Source: Clostridiales bacterium
Lineage (GTDB): Bacteria > Bacillota > Clostridia > Christensenellales > UBA3700
Direction of reading: 5' to 3'
Assembly: GCA_014799575.1 (NCBI GenBank)
Contig: JAAVHS010000015.1
Span: 143,570-207,569, forward strand
Length of the DNA: 64,000 nt
Below, in pieces: positions 10,218 to 19,875 of the stretch (position 1 is its first letter; every line of letters starts with the position of its first letter). The notes under the pieces were generated by a model. The model was given only the letters and a program-made list of their open reading frames with translations, searched no databases and was not told where the DNA came from. Made by a program: the position numbers and the translations under genes.

Positions 10218-10675
10218 TACTCAGCCTCCGCTTGATTATCATCGTCCAATGTTTCATCATCGTCTAATTCGTCATAGTCAGGCTCATCATAAAGGTCATG
10301 ACATTCTTCTGCAAGTCCATTTTTTCTATCATATGACACCGATTCTTCAAAACCTATTCCCGGCTCTCTACTTTTTGCAAGTAATCTTTTCACTTTCAGT
10401 TCTTTGCAAATCTCTTCTAATGTAGGACACTTTCCATTTGATTCTTGTGGATAGCCATCTATCATACACGAATGAATACTCCAAGCTGCGTCAAAATGTA
10501 TTAGTAGCCTTGTTAGTCCATGCTTGTTTTCTTGTCTTTCCACATTGCCCAGAAAACATCTTGCAAAGTACCTATCTTCTTCTTTTGTATCATTAGTGAT
10601 AAATAGTTTTTCAAACTTATCAGCATTTTCGGTCGGCAATACAACCGACATCTCACTTTCCGCCCAATTTGGCAT
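10217..10675 (-). CDS. Hypothetical MPNW-start protein (DUF1281-like, tentative)
   Basis: 152 aa. Starts MPNWAESEMSVVLP, like MPNWVRNRLTISG of ORF 13556-14350. Acidic C-terminal tail. Confidence 0.5.
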   Translation of the reverse strand: MPNWAESEMSVVLPTENADKFEKLFITNDTKEEDRYFARCFLGNVERQENKHGLTRLLIHFDAAWSIHSCMIDGYPQESNGKCPTLEEICKELKVKRLLAKSREPGIGFEESVSYDRKNGLAEECHDLYDEPDYDELDDDETLDDDNQAEAE

Positions 10676-11004
10676 TATGCCACCTTCCTTTGTCTCGCAT
10701 TATTTTCGCGATATAGATTTATGAGTTGGCGAAGATAATCTCTTGATTGTCTAGGCAATTCGCTTACTACGAATATATCCCAAAGTTTCTCGATAATCTT
10801 TTCACCCAAAAATTCGTTATATTCTTCGTCTCGCAATACGTCATCCATTAGATATTTATATACTTCTTTATAGAACGTAACTTTGAGCGAATTTTTGTAG
10901 ACTTTATCTACTCCGCTTCGCAGTTGAAAATGACGAAAACTGTCATATTCACTCTGCACTTGCTTGAAAAATGCTCTGCGCACTTCCTCCATATTTTCTT
11001 TCAT
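10675..11004 (-). CDS. Hypothetical protein
   Basis: 109-aa ORF. Its stop abuts the next gene's start. Confidence 0.5.
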   Translation of the reverse strand: MKENMEEVRRAFFKQVQSEYDSFRHFQLRSGVDKVYKNSLKVTFYKEVYKYLMDDVLRDEEYNEFLGEKIIEKLWDIFVVSELPRQSRDYLRQLINLYRENNARQRKVA

Positions 11005-11032
11005 TTCATTCCCCTTCTTCTAAATTTTATTT

Positions 11033-11623
11033 TTACATCATAGCCGTATAAGCCGAAGAGTGCTTTTCCATTTTGTTAAACAAATTTCCAAACTCGTCAT
11101 TACACGAATCTCGCATTTCTTTCAACACCTCTGCTAATTCATCTCCATAGAATCCACCGCAAGAATCTATTTCTTCGCCTTGTTCGTCTATAATCTTAAA
11201 AGCGTAACAATCGCCTTGTAGGTATTGGTCATACATTTTCACTTCGCCAATTAACCTTTCACGAATAGTTGTCTCTAATCTTTCATCTAACTCGCAATGA
11301 TATTCTTTCTTCGCTTGTTCTTTTGTAACGTAAATATAGCCAACTTGTCCGCTATCAAATCTATCCCCAAAATCGCAAGTAGATATTGTTATTCCAGAAT
11401 GGTCATATAGATAGAGCGGCAAAATCACAAAAGCATTTTTGTATTCTTTGCTTTCTTGAAACTCTCTTGGATTTCCATAGCCGTGCTTATCTCCGAGCAT
11501 ATATCTTCTATGCCAACAAACCATTTTTCCAAGATTGTCCCAAGTGCGTGGACTTTCTGCAAACTCATCTCTATATACTTCCAATTTGTATTTACCGTCT
11601 CCTACCGTTATTAAATCTTCCAT
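11033..11623 (-). CDS. Hypothetical protein
   Basis: 196-aa ORF in the operon. No motif I can name. Confidence 0.55.
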   Translation of the reverse strand: MEDLITVGDGKYKLEVYRDEFAESPRTWDNLGKMVCWHRRYMLGDKHGYGNPREFQESKEYKNAFVILPLYLYDHSGITISTCDFGDRFDSGQVGYIYVTKEQAKKEYHCELDERLETTIRERLIGEVKMYDQYLQGDCYAFKIIDEQGEEIDSCGGFYGDELAEVLKEMRDSCNDEFGNLFNKMEKHSSAYTAMM

Positions 11624-11633
11624 AATTCTCCTC

Positions 11634-12623
11634 TTACATTTCAGCTCTACTGTGCGTTACACTCAATGCCATATTGATCGTTCTTCTCCCATAATATCCA
11701 CCGCTGTTATCCCACTTAGGTCTATACAAGCCACTTGAACGGAAAATACTATCTATCTGGGATTCGTCTTGCGTCCAATACGCTAATATACTTGCAAGTG
11801 CAAAATCTGCTGAACTTTGTGTATCGTAACTACCTTGCCAATCACCGCGGAATAATCTATCAAACTTTGTCCCTTGCCTACTACTTCTTATGCGTTCAAC
11901 AAGTTCTCTATCGGACATTGTGGCCGGTGTACGTGCAATGGGTTTGTATTCTATCGGCTTGCCTAAATAAGTTTCATTTAACTCGCCAATTATGTCGGAT
12001 AAATCTTTTACTTCTGTTGTCTCTCCAACAATGTTACCAGTCATACATACAAATCTTTTGGTATCATACATTTCAAGTCCAAAAGTATCATTCTTCTTCC
12101 TCGCATTTTCAGGCAACTTTCCATAACAAAGAAAATGTAATCCTTTCCCACTTACCGAAGTTTCACAATATGTATCAAGTCTTGACGCTAGTTCAATTGT
12201 TTTTTCTTTTACTATGTCTGGCTTCTCATCTACTTCATCAATATCCACAAATACAATCCCGCTTGTTAACACAAAGCTCAACCCATCTTGTCCGTGCGTT
12301 TGCGCATATCTTAATGCCGTATCGAAATCGCTCCATGTTGTTGGCTCATTGCTTTTGGCAAAGTCGCCCGTAATGGGCGAAATCATAATCTTACCCCAAT
12401 GACCTTCTTGCGGTTTTGCTTTGAAACACACCCATTGCCGTAATCTCTTTAATTCGTCAGGTACGTTCTCAAGCTGCTTCCATTTCCGAATGCTTGGCTT
12501 TCCCTTCGCGAAACGGCTCTTCGGCAGTCTCACACCCACCGCCAGTGGCGGTAGGTGTGGGCGCTGCTTGCGCCCTTGCTTGTTGATCCTTATAAAACGC
12601 ACGTGAAATCTTGTCCATAACAA
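11634..12623 (-). CDS. PrimPol / P4-type primase-like protein (start uncertain)
   Basis: WVCFKAKPQ..GK..SP..G..AKSNEPTTWSDFDTA, GLSFVLTSGIVFVDIDEV and SADFALASILAYWTQDESQIDSIFRSSGLYRPKW are typical of bifunctional primase-polymerase / plasmid primases. The first ~50 codons (TTG start in the ORF track) overlap the ArdC-like gene. Confidence 0.65.
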   Translation of the reverse strand: MLWTRFHVRFIRINKQGRKQRPHLPPLAVGVRLPKSRFAKGKPSIRKWKQLENVPDELKRLRQWVCFKAKPQEGHWGKIMISPITGDFAKSNEPTTWSDFDTALRYAQTHGQDGLSFVLTSGIVFVDIDEVDEKPDIVKEKTIELASRLDTYCETSVSGKGLHFLCYGKLPENARKKNDTFGLEMYDTKRFVCMTGNIVGETTEVKDLSDIIGELNETYLGKPIEYKPIARTPATMSDRELVERIRSSRQGTKFDRLFRGDWQGSYDTQSSADFALASILAYWTQDESQIDSIFRSSGLYRPKWDNSGGYYGRRTINMALSVTHSRAEM

Positions 12624-13494
12624 GTTTCGTGCTTGCGCAAATAAGGTTGAGATTATCGCGGAAAAGTCCCGTTTGTTCTTCGTTCATATTTTGAATATAA
12701 TCAAAGTTAAAACCGCTCGTATCAAGACCGAAATGCGACGCAAGAATACATGCTCTACTGTCCGCTTCAATCTTTTCTGCGTTCTCGCCGGTCATACCTT
12801 CAAAGCCTCTTCCTTTATAGTTGTCGTTTATTGCCTTGCTTGCCGCTTCTATCGCAGTCAAAACCGTGGTAGTGTTATCCATTCCCTTACATATCTTAAT
12901 GGTTTTCTTCGCTTTGTCGATTTTATAGTTTTCATTCTGCGCGAACTCGGATTCGTCCGTAAACTTATATTTCCAATGCTTTGCAGACAAAGCCGAAAAT
13001 ACACCGTCAAGGATATTTTTTTTCTCTACGTCCGACACTTTCTTGCCAATTTTATAAGGCTTGTAATCCTCGCCTTCCGTTGCAGAAATATCGAATACGT
13101 ACACAGCATGGAATCCGTCAGTTCTTTCGCGGGTATGAACAATCTCTTTACCTTCTGCGTCAAGTTTCGGTTGATTATTCTCGTCTTTCTCTATTACTTC
13201 ATACTCGACTTTGGTAGGCGCAGTAATTTCCATACTCTTTGCACCCTCTTTGATATGTCTGCCGTCTCTTACCCATTCATTCATACCTTTCACAACCGTT
13301 ATCTCTGGGTTTTGGTCAAGCATGAGAAGAATATTGTTTACAGAATACTTGCTATTCTTACCGCATTTCAAAAGCAAATCTTTGTACTTGCCATCTGCTA
13401 TAATCTTCTTGTATTGCTCTTCGATTCTGTTATTGATTGCTTCTCTTTCTTCGTCCGTGTAGTTATTAACTACTTTTACATTCTTATCTTCCAT
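12469..13494 (-). CDS. ArdC-like ssDNA-binding / anti-restriction protein (N-terminal domain only recognised)
   Basis: 341 aa. KYSVNNILLMLDQNPEITVVKGMNEWVRDGRHIKEGAKSMEI and VYVFDISATEG match the ArdC-N pattern and the N-terminus of the 1935-aa protein. Confidence 0.7.
   Translation of the reverse strand: MEDKNVKVVNNYTDEEREAINNRIEEQYKKIIADGKYKDLLLKCGKNSKYSVNNILLMLDQNPEITVVKGMNEWVRDGRHIKEGAKSMEITAPTKVEYEVIEKDENNQPKLDAEGKEIVHTRERTDGFHAVYVFDISATEGEDYKPYKIGKKVSDVEKKNILDGVFSALSAKHWKYKFTDESEFAQNENYKIDKAKKTIKICKGMDNTTTVLTAIEAASKAINDNYKGRGFEGMTGENAEKIEADSRACILASHFGLDTSGFNFDYIQNMNEEQTGLFRDNLNLICASTKLVMDKISRAFYKDQQARAQAAPTPTATGGGCETAEEPFREGKAKHSEMEAA
12531..12575. other. Two adjacent GC-rich hairpins inside the ArdC-like/primase gene overlap
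   Basis: cacacccaccgcc-agt-ggcggtaggtgtg (13-bp stem, 1 mismatch) followed directly by gggcgc-tgctt-gcgccc. A GC island in AT-rich DNA. Confidence 0.7.
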
Positions 13495-13555
13495 TTTTTA
13501 TTCTCCTAATAATTTAATATATTTGTTTGTTGTTATTTGATATATAGGAACACAC

Positions 13556-14350
13556 CTATTCCATTTCATCTTCATAGACGTAATCGTATGTACCTGTTTT
13601 CTCATTGAACTGAAATTCATCTTCGCCACCCCAAAGTTCAAAATACTTTTCATAAGCCTCTTTGCTATACGGATCATATTCAGTAGCACTTGTAATTTTT
13701 CCGTTCTCATATTCACATTGTCCCGCAAAATATCCCGCGCATTCTTCTGCATACTCATATTCAAACTTGCACTTAGGGTGCAATTCTGAAAGTTTCCGAA
13801 TTAAATTCATCACTCTACTCCATGCAGTATCAAAGTACAACTTTGCAGTATTTAAGTCTGGAACTTCCGTATTATGCGCGTTCCATTTAGTGCCCCAATT
13901 ATTGCAGTGCCACGTATACCAATCGACTGCGCCATATTTCTTAAAGTTGTCTACAGCTTGTTTTCCCAATGCTAAAATGCTGTTCTCATCTTTATTCTTA
14001 CTTTGCATATTTTTGAGTTTTTCAGCGATTTCTTCTTGCGACATTGCAAAACACGGTTTAGCCTTTAACATGGATTGCGGTATCTTATTACACAAATCTA
14101 TGTACTCTTCAACGGGTATCTTCTCTGTACCGTAATAATTAATAAGCGGATTAATTGATGTGAGATAAATATCAATTGCTTCATACGTTTCTCCTCCTGC
14201 GTCAATATCCAACTCTTCTGGCATTGGAATTATTTTATTGAAATCAAAGTCATATTCGCCATCTATGTCATTCTTTACAAGATATGACTTCATTATTTCT
14301 ACCGCATTATCTCCACTTATCGTTAAACGATTTCTAACCCAATTAGGCAT
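13556..14350 (-). CDS. MPNW-start protein (DUF1281/Api92-like ferredoxin-fold family, tentative)
   Basis: 264 aa. MPNWVRNRLTISG, IIPMPEEL, NWGTKWNA, FDTAW. Confidence 0.55.
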   Translation of the reverse strand: MPNWVRNRLTISGDNAVEIMKSYLVKNDIDGEYDFDFNKIIPMPEELDIDAGGETYEAIDIYLTSINPLINYYGTEKIPVEEYIDLCNKIPQSMLKAKPCFAMSQEEIAEKLKNMQSKNKDENSILALGKQAVDNFKKYGAVDWYTWHCNNWGTKWNAHNTEVPDLNTAKLYFDTAWSRVMNLIRKLSELHPKCKFEYEYAEECAGYFAGQCEYENGKITSATEYDPYSKEAYEKYFELWGGEDEFQFNEKTGTYDYVYEDEME

Positions 14351-14377
14351 TATCTTATTCCTCCTTTTCTTTTTTTC

Positions 14378-14944
14378 TTACGCACAAATATTTACGTCAT
14401 TTCCCCAACAATCCCACCCACCTGCACTTTGTCTTGCAAACAATTCAATTCTTGGCACATCTCCAAACAACTCCACAATGCGGTCTCTTACTTCGTCAGG
14501 CTTCTTGCTATGCTCTTGAATTGGAGATATTATGCAACTTGATACACTATTGCTTATAGGCTTCATCTTTCCTTTAATACCCATAAGGCAAATTTCACAG
14601 TTACTTTTTGCATAATATCCTATACCGAAGAAAGGCTTGCTGTTTTTCTTATTTGTCTTTACCCAACTAAAACCTAACGTCGTATATCGAAATCCCCAAC
14701 TCTCAAACAATTTTATTTGCTCGTTTAAATATGGAAATGTTACCCACAAGAACAATACACAGTTGTCTGCCGCTATCTTTGGAATGGGCAAGTTTGCTAT
14801 ATCTTGCATTGTCATTAAATCATAATGTCCGTATGCGCCTTTTCCAAATTTAGTTTTGGGATTATTGCGCTTGTTGTATTTCCACGGCGGATCAGCGTAA
14901 ATGATATTGTATCTTTTGTCAGTTTCATATATGTTTGTAAACAT
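14378..14944 (-). CDS. MT-A70 family N6-adenine DNA methyltransferase, orphan
   Basis: 188 aa. IIYADPPWKY (DPPW catalytic motif), followed by FLWVT and WGF blocks typical of MT-A70. Confidence 0.85.
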   Translation of the reverse strand: MFTNIYETDKRYNIIYADPPWKYNKRNNPKTKFGKGAYGHYDLMTMQDIANLPIPKIAADNCVLFLWVTFPYLNEQIKLFESWGFRYTTLGFSWVKTNKKNSKPFFGIGYYAKSNCEICLMGIKGKMKPISNSVSSCIISPIQEHSKKPDEVRDRIVELFGDVPRIELFARQSAGGWDCWGNDVNICA

Positions 14945-14953
14945 TGTGCCTCT

Positions 14954-15202
14954 CTACATTTCTACCGTATTTTTAATTTCTTTGCAGTTATCAATTTCTT
15001 CCAAGCAATCAAGAAAATCGCATAAGAATTGAGCGCACCAAACTAATTCATTTTCCTCAATTTCGCCATTCTCAAATTTTTCAAGCACATCACCCAAATA
15101 ATTCTTGTGAACATTGTAGACCTCTTTGAAATCGTCAAGTGACCACCCTATGCTTTCCATTTTGTCAAATGTCGCTTGCAGTATCTTCTTTTCATTTTTC
15201 AT
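14954..15202 (-). CDS. Hypothetical protein
   Basis: 82-aa acidic ORF between the VirB4 and MT-A70 genes. Confidence 0.45.
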   Translation of the reverse strand: MKNEKKILQATFDKMESIGWSLDDFKEVYNVHKNYLGDVLEKFENGEIEENELVWCAQFLCDFLDCLEEIDNCKEIKNTVEM

Positions 15203-15217
15203 AATCTATCTGCCCCA

Positions 15218-17836
15218 CTAAAACAAACTCTCTATAAAGTCGCTCGTTACAATGTCAATGTTAGTTCTGTTTTGCGATGACGAAATAAAGAATGCTGTAC
15301 CACGTTTATTGTGCATTATGTAGTTTTGTTCTGCTTCGTTGATTTGCCCTGCGTGAGCGTATAAATCGCATAGGTCACTCATATCGTTTGGCGAAAGACT
15401 GAATATCAAAGAATACTGACAAACATCTATAAGCGCCTGACTCTTTCTCGCAATTTCTGGTGTTCCTGCCACGTCCTTTACACTCTGCGTAATGGTTATG
15501 AGCATACCTTCGTACTTACGAATTCTCTTTGCTAGACTTGCCATGAAATCAAGAGCTATCGGATATTTTTCGTCAATAAACAAGTGTGCCTCATCAACTG
15601 CAACAACCAATTTTCTTGACGTGCCGTGTTTTACGTTGTAGTCTTTATTCTTTACAACTTCGTTCTCAAGCCACTTCACGATTAACAGCATTTGCGCGTT
15701 CGCAACTATATTGTTTTTGTTTGCAAGCAACTTTTGGAAATCGAATACAACAAAATTCTCTTGCGGATTGAATGACGTTGCGCCATTCCACAAATTGCTA
15801 TATCGACCGCCTTGACGAAACTTTGCCACATAGTTCATAAGAACTTTCAAGCATGAACGATTGTATTCGTCCTTTTCTTTCTTCTCTCGCTCTTCAATCA
15901 AGTTGCCTAGATCGTCAAAGGTTGGATATTGTTTTGCCGTAACATTTGCCAAGTCGGTATACGGTGTAATACCACTCTTTTCATACAACTCTTGCGTCAA
16001 CTTATTTAAAAGTTCAAGCGAATCAGAATTGATTCCCGGCAGCACTACACGATAGAACTCTTCCAAGAACTGCAAGTGAGCAAAATAGTCATTGCTCGTT
16101 CCATCGCTATTTTCATCGTCCTCAGATCGTATGATGTGGAATGGATTGAGTTTTCCAAACTTACCGCTTGATACGTCCAACACCTTTCCGCCGAAACTCT
16201 GACAAAGTTTTCCGTACTCACTCTCTGGGTCAAGCACAAATACTCTTGTGTTGCAACTTGCTATATTTGCAATAATACTTTTGCAAGCGTAACTTTTACC
16301 GCTTCCAGGCTTGCCGAGAACAATCATGTTTGATGACAAGTGCGCTTCGTCTCTTTTTGTAAAGTCAACAAACACTGGCAATTTGTTTTCGCCAATAAGC
16401 AATCCCTTGTCATCTACAACGGCGTTACTTATAAATGGGAACACCGCTGCAATACTGCTCGTCTGGATACCGCGCGATACGTTGATTTTATCAGCCATAC
16501 AGATTTGGCTTGTGAGATATGCGTCTAACTGTCTACCTATCATCTCGTTGTAGCCGAAACCCATTTCTCTCAATCTTCGACGCACTTGTTTCTTAACAAC
16601 ATTCTTTCCTTTTTCGTCATAAGCGGTTAGGATTATCGTTGTGTCAAACAATACATCATTCTCGTTCTGCAAGTCCAACAAGAGACTTTGCAAACTTTCC
16701 AAATGCGTATCTTTCTCAATACTGTCGCTTGCGCGATTTCTCTTGCTTTGCGTTTGCACTTCCAAGATTGCATTGTCTATGCGGCGAATGGCTTTGAATT
16801 TTTCAACGGGCTTCATTTTCATTACAACTTTCGTATTAGGAATATCGAATAATCCCTCTCCCCAACCATTACTAACTCTCAACGGATAATTGTTGATTAC
16901 AAAATGAGTCAATGTCTTTCCGTTCTGTTGAGTTGTTGCAATGCCAAAATATACATCGTTAGGCGTAAAGCAATCTGCATACTTTTTATCGTCTATACTG
17001 CGCTCGTCAAACTCACTATCTATCGAATATCTTATAAAGGCTGCAAGTTCTCTCTGATTGAGTACACTTGTTTCAATACCAGACGATTTTAATGTAACAG
17101 CGGCAGTTTGCAACTGCAACTTCAAATCTCTTTCACTCCCACTATGTAAAACAAGATAATAACTTGAATACAAAATTTGATTACTGCTATTTATCTCGTC
17201 TATCGTAGTAATGCGATCTTGGATAACGTCTACCCTAGTCATATACTCGTCATCTGTCAGTTCGCCTTTTTCTTTGCTTTCAGCAATCTTAACGATACGT
17301 TCCATCTCGTCCGACACAAAGTTATCCAAAATCAACGGACGTTCCAACTTCACAATATCAGCTTGATTGCCAACCGCGACATTATTCAGCACCCTTGACA
17401 ATGCTCCGTCAATAAGTTCGTTTTGTTCAAACTCTCCAAGCATACGGAAATCCACAGGGTGGATCTCCATAACGCCAATGTAACGAGAATCTTTTAGTGC
17501 TACGATTCCATTGCCACATATTCTGTCATAAGCGGAAATACTTTCGACGTCGTTTTGGATTACTTCTCCCGCATTAGCTTTCTTAAATCTCTTGCGACTT
17601 ACCAAATGCTTGAAAAAGCACCCGACAACCTTATAAAGCCTATCGCCGTTTATCGAAATGAACAGTGGAATGAACATGACCAAGATTGCTCCCGCTATCA
17701 AAAACTTAAACGACAAATTACTCGCAAGCGCTATCGCAATCAGCAATGCTCCTACAAAACCGACAATCACGTCTGCAAACGTAATGCCTTTATAAAATGT
17801 CATCTTAACCTTTGTTTTCTTCGGAATTATTCTCAT
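15218..17836 (-). CDS. VirB4-family conjugative ATPase with N-terminal membrane segment
   Basis: 872 aa. Two N-terminal TM helices, Walker A GKPGSGKS, Walker B VAVDEAH. Confidence 0.85.
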   Translation of the reverse strand: MRIIPKKTKVKMTFYKGITFADVIVGFVGALLIAIALASNLSFKFLIAGAILVMFIPLFISINGDRLYKVVGCFFKHLVSRKRFKKANAGEVIQNDVESISAYDRICGNGIVALKDSRYIGVMEIHPVDFRMLGEFEQNELIDGALSRVLNNVAVGNQADIVKLERPLILDNFVSDEMERIVKIAESKEKGELTDDEYMTRVDVIQDRITTIDEINSSNQILYSSYYLVLHSGSERDLKLQLQTAAVTLKSSGIETSVLNQRELAAFIRYSIDSEFDERSIDDKKYADCFTPNDVYFGIATTQQNGKTLTHFVINNYPLRVSNGWGEGLFDIPNTKVVMKMKPVEKFKAIRRIDNAILEVQTQSKRNRASDSIEKDTHLESLQSLLLDLQNENDVLFDTTIILTAYDEKGKNVVKKQVRRRLREMGFGYNEMIGRQLDAYLTSQICMADKINVSRGIQTSSIAAVFPFISNAVVDDKGLLIGENKLPVFVDFTKRDEAHLSSNMIVLGKPGSGKSYACKSIIANIASCNTRVFVLDPESEYGKLCQSFGGKVLDVSSGKFGKLNPFHIIRSEDDENSDGTSNDYFAHLQFLEEFYRVVLPGINSDSLELLNKLTQELYEKSGITPYTDLANVTAKQYPTFDDLGNLIEEREKKEKDEYNRSCLKVLMNYVAKFRQGGRYSNLWNGATSFNPQENFVVFDFQKLLANKNNIVANAQMLLIVKWLENEVVKNKDYNVKHGTSRKLVVAVDEAHLFIDEKYPIALDFMASLAKRIRKYEGMLITITQSVKDVAGTPEIARKSQALIDVCQYSLIFSLSPNDMSDLCDLYAHAGQINEAEQNYIMHNKRGTAFFISSSQNRTNIDIVTSDFIESLF

Positions 17837-19520
17837 CTTTCTTCTCCTCTGGTTTTAGTGATGTTGTACCAGACTCAATGTTTCTTGTAGAGTCTGTATT
17901 TGTTGTCGGATTTACGCCTGCGACATTATTGTTCGGTACATTTGACGTATCCACACCCACATTTATGTTTTCTGGACTTCTTGTCGAATTCATATCCGAA
18001 TCTCTTGTTGAACTCATATCCGTGCCTTGCGTATTTGTTCCCAAATCAGTTGAAAGGTTTGGACTTTGATTTGCATTGTCAGCGTCTATTGTCGAACTTG
18101 TAATTTTCTTTGCCATATCTTCTGCCTTTCTCGCATTTTGAGTTGTATTAGCAGACTTATCTTCTCTCGACTTTTTAGGTTTCACTTCCGCTCTGCTTGT
18201 AAACGTGCTACCAGTTGCTACATTGCGCAATCTAGGAACAAAATTCTTTCCTGCTTGAATGATACCGCCTTGCATCATATCCTTTACGACTCCGGCTGGC
18301 ATTGTTGCAAGTCTTGTTACCGCTCCACCATATTGCTTTGCTTTACTCGTTTTCTTATTCTCTGGTTTCACTGTTTGATTGCGTGTACTATTTACCGACA
18401 TCTTCAAGCTATCGCCTGTACCATTTCCTTTCTTGCGATTCTTCAAGTAATCAGATCCACCTATCGCACGGCCTACAACTGCGCCAACTGCTCCCTTTGT
18501 TGCTCTTGCAAATGCTATTCCTGAACGGAAATTGTAAATCATTTGAGCAAACTCCCTACCGCCGGCTTGACTTCCTGTTAACTGTGATATAACTAGATTT
18601 GCTTTTGTTATCGCAAATGCTCCACCGATTAAGAACAAGATATATACAACGCCATTTTCAAAACGATTGTTAAAGAAGGTCATTCGACTCACTTGCGGTA
18701 TTATCATAAAGAACAGATTCATTACCAAAATAATGCCGTATGCTCCTAGCATTTTTGCAATCATCATGTCTTTCCATACTCGGAAACGATTACCGTCATC
18801 AAGTGGTATTGTACTTGCCGATATAGGCGAAATTATGTAGAGCAAGATTATATCGAATATTCTTTGAATGAACGTAATACTTGATATGACAAACATTACA
18901 AGCATTACCAGTCCGCCTAGAATACCTACCACGAAATTCATTTGAGATAGATCATAATATTTTTCTACCACACTCAACTTCGTGTAATCCAACTCGCCAG
19001 TTAAGAACATTTTCTCTATTACTTCCCGATTTCCCGACGATTCAATGAACGCATTGTTACCTGTTGTAATAAGCATTTGTCCGCCAATCAATGTTTGACC
19101 GTCCGTTACATATTGCTGCATTGAAAGATTTATAGATGACATAATTACGTTAACAAGCGTCATACTTGCAAGCATTATGAACGGAATTAGCAACATCGTT
19201 AGAAAACTTTGCCCTGCCTTTGCAATAACTGTCCCCCTCGTTTTCTTTTCATTCGTTTGATAGTTCATGCGAATGAGAGCAATTATCACAAAGACTGTGA
19301 GCAAAATCACGCCTATTAGCATTATGGTTAGGAATACTCTATGTACCGTGTTTGATTGAACTAAACTCGAAACAAGATCGCTTTCCTTTCCATCAACAAG
19401 AACAGTGTCGAGACCGCAAAGTTTGAAAAATATTTTCTTTATGAAATCTATTAGAAAACAAAGCATTGATTGTAATTGATATAGCAATCCATAAAACCAA
19501 TCTTTTAATGAATCAAACAT
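17805..19520 (-). CDS. Polytopic membrane protein, VirB6/TcpH-like T4SS channel component
   Basis: 571 aa. Multiple hydrophobic helices in the first ~330 aa and a low-complexity hydrophilic tail. Sits between the pilin-like and VirB4 genes. Confidence 0.6.
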   Translation of the reverse strand: MFDSLKDWFYGLLYQLQSMLCFLIDFIKKIFFKLCGLDTVLVDGKESDLVSSLVQSNTVHRVFLTIMLIGVILLTVFVIIALIRMNYQTNEKKTRGTVIAKAGQSFLTMLLIPFIMLASMTLVNVIMSSINLSMQQYVTDGQTLIGGQMLITTGNNAFIESSGNREVIEKMFLTGELDYTKLSVVEKYYDLSQMNFVVGILGGLVMLVMFVISSITFIQRIFDIILLYIISPISASTIPLDDGNRFRVWKDMMIAKMLGAYGIILVMNLFFMIIPQVSRMTFFNNRFENGVVYILFLIGGAFAITKANLVISQLTGSQAGGREFAQMIYNFRSGIAFARATKGAVGAVVGRAIGGSDYLKNRKKGNGTGDSLKMSVNSTRNQTVKPENKKTSKAKQYGGAVTRLATMPAGVVKDMMQGGIIQAGKNFVPRLRNVATGSTFTSRAEVKPKKSREDKSANTTQNARKAEDMAKKITSSTIDADNANQSPNLSTDLGTNTQGTDMSSTRDSDMNSTRSPENINVGVDTSNVPNNNVAGVNPTTNTDSTRNIESGTTSLKPEEKKDENNSEENKG

Positions 19521-19539
19521 CTAACAGTCTCCTTTTGCT

Positions 19540-19830
19540 TTATGCTATCTGCGCTTGTACCCAACCTTGCAAAATCGGCAAAGCAACCTTTAGTGCGACT
19601 ATCAAAACAAAGATTGCAACAAAACCTATGATTGCGCCAATCAAATCTTTCTTTGCTTTCTCTCTACTGTTCTGCTCATCACTCTTTGCAAGTTTAATAC
19701 CGAGTACAATACAATAGATTGCACCTGCCGCTCCGACAAGTGCTATTGCCGGCCACAAGATTGCATTCAACACTTCAAGTATTGGTGCAATTACTGGTGA
19801 GAAATCCACCGCTGCCAAAAAATACTTCAT
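19540..19830 (-). CDS. Small two-TM pilin-like (VirB2/TrbC-like) conjugation protein
   Basis: 96 aa. Two hydrophobic helices separated by the charged loop KLAKSDEQNSREKAKKD. Located first in the MPF gene set. Confidence 0.55.
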   Translation of the reverse strand: MKYFLAAVDFSPVIAPILEVLNAILWPAIALVGAAGAIYCIVLGIKLAKSDEQNSREKAKKDLIGAIIGFVAIFVLIVALKVALPILQGWVQAQIA

Positions 19831-19875
19831 ACTTTTTCCTCCAATTTTTTAATCTTTTTTAAGTTCTTTCAGAAC

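Noticed and set aside
12673-13509. 278-aa plus-strand ORF, with similar plus-strand ORFs at 11735-12373, 5894-6379 and 13662-14135
   Set aside because: They are antisense to genes with clear domain motifs. Their translations are Phe/Leu/Ile/Cys-rich low-complexity strings typical of the reverse frame of AT-rich genes. No RBS or promoter support.
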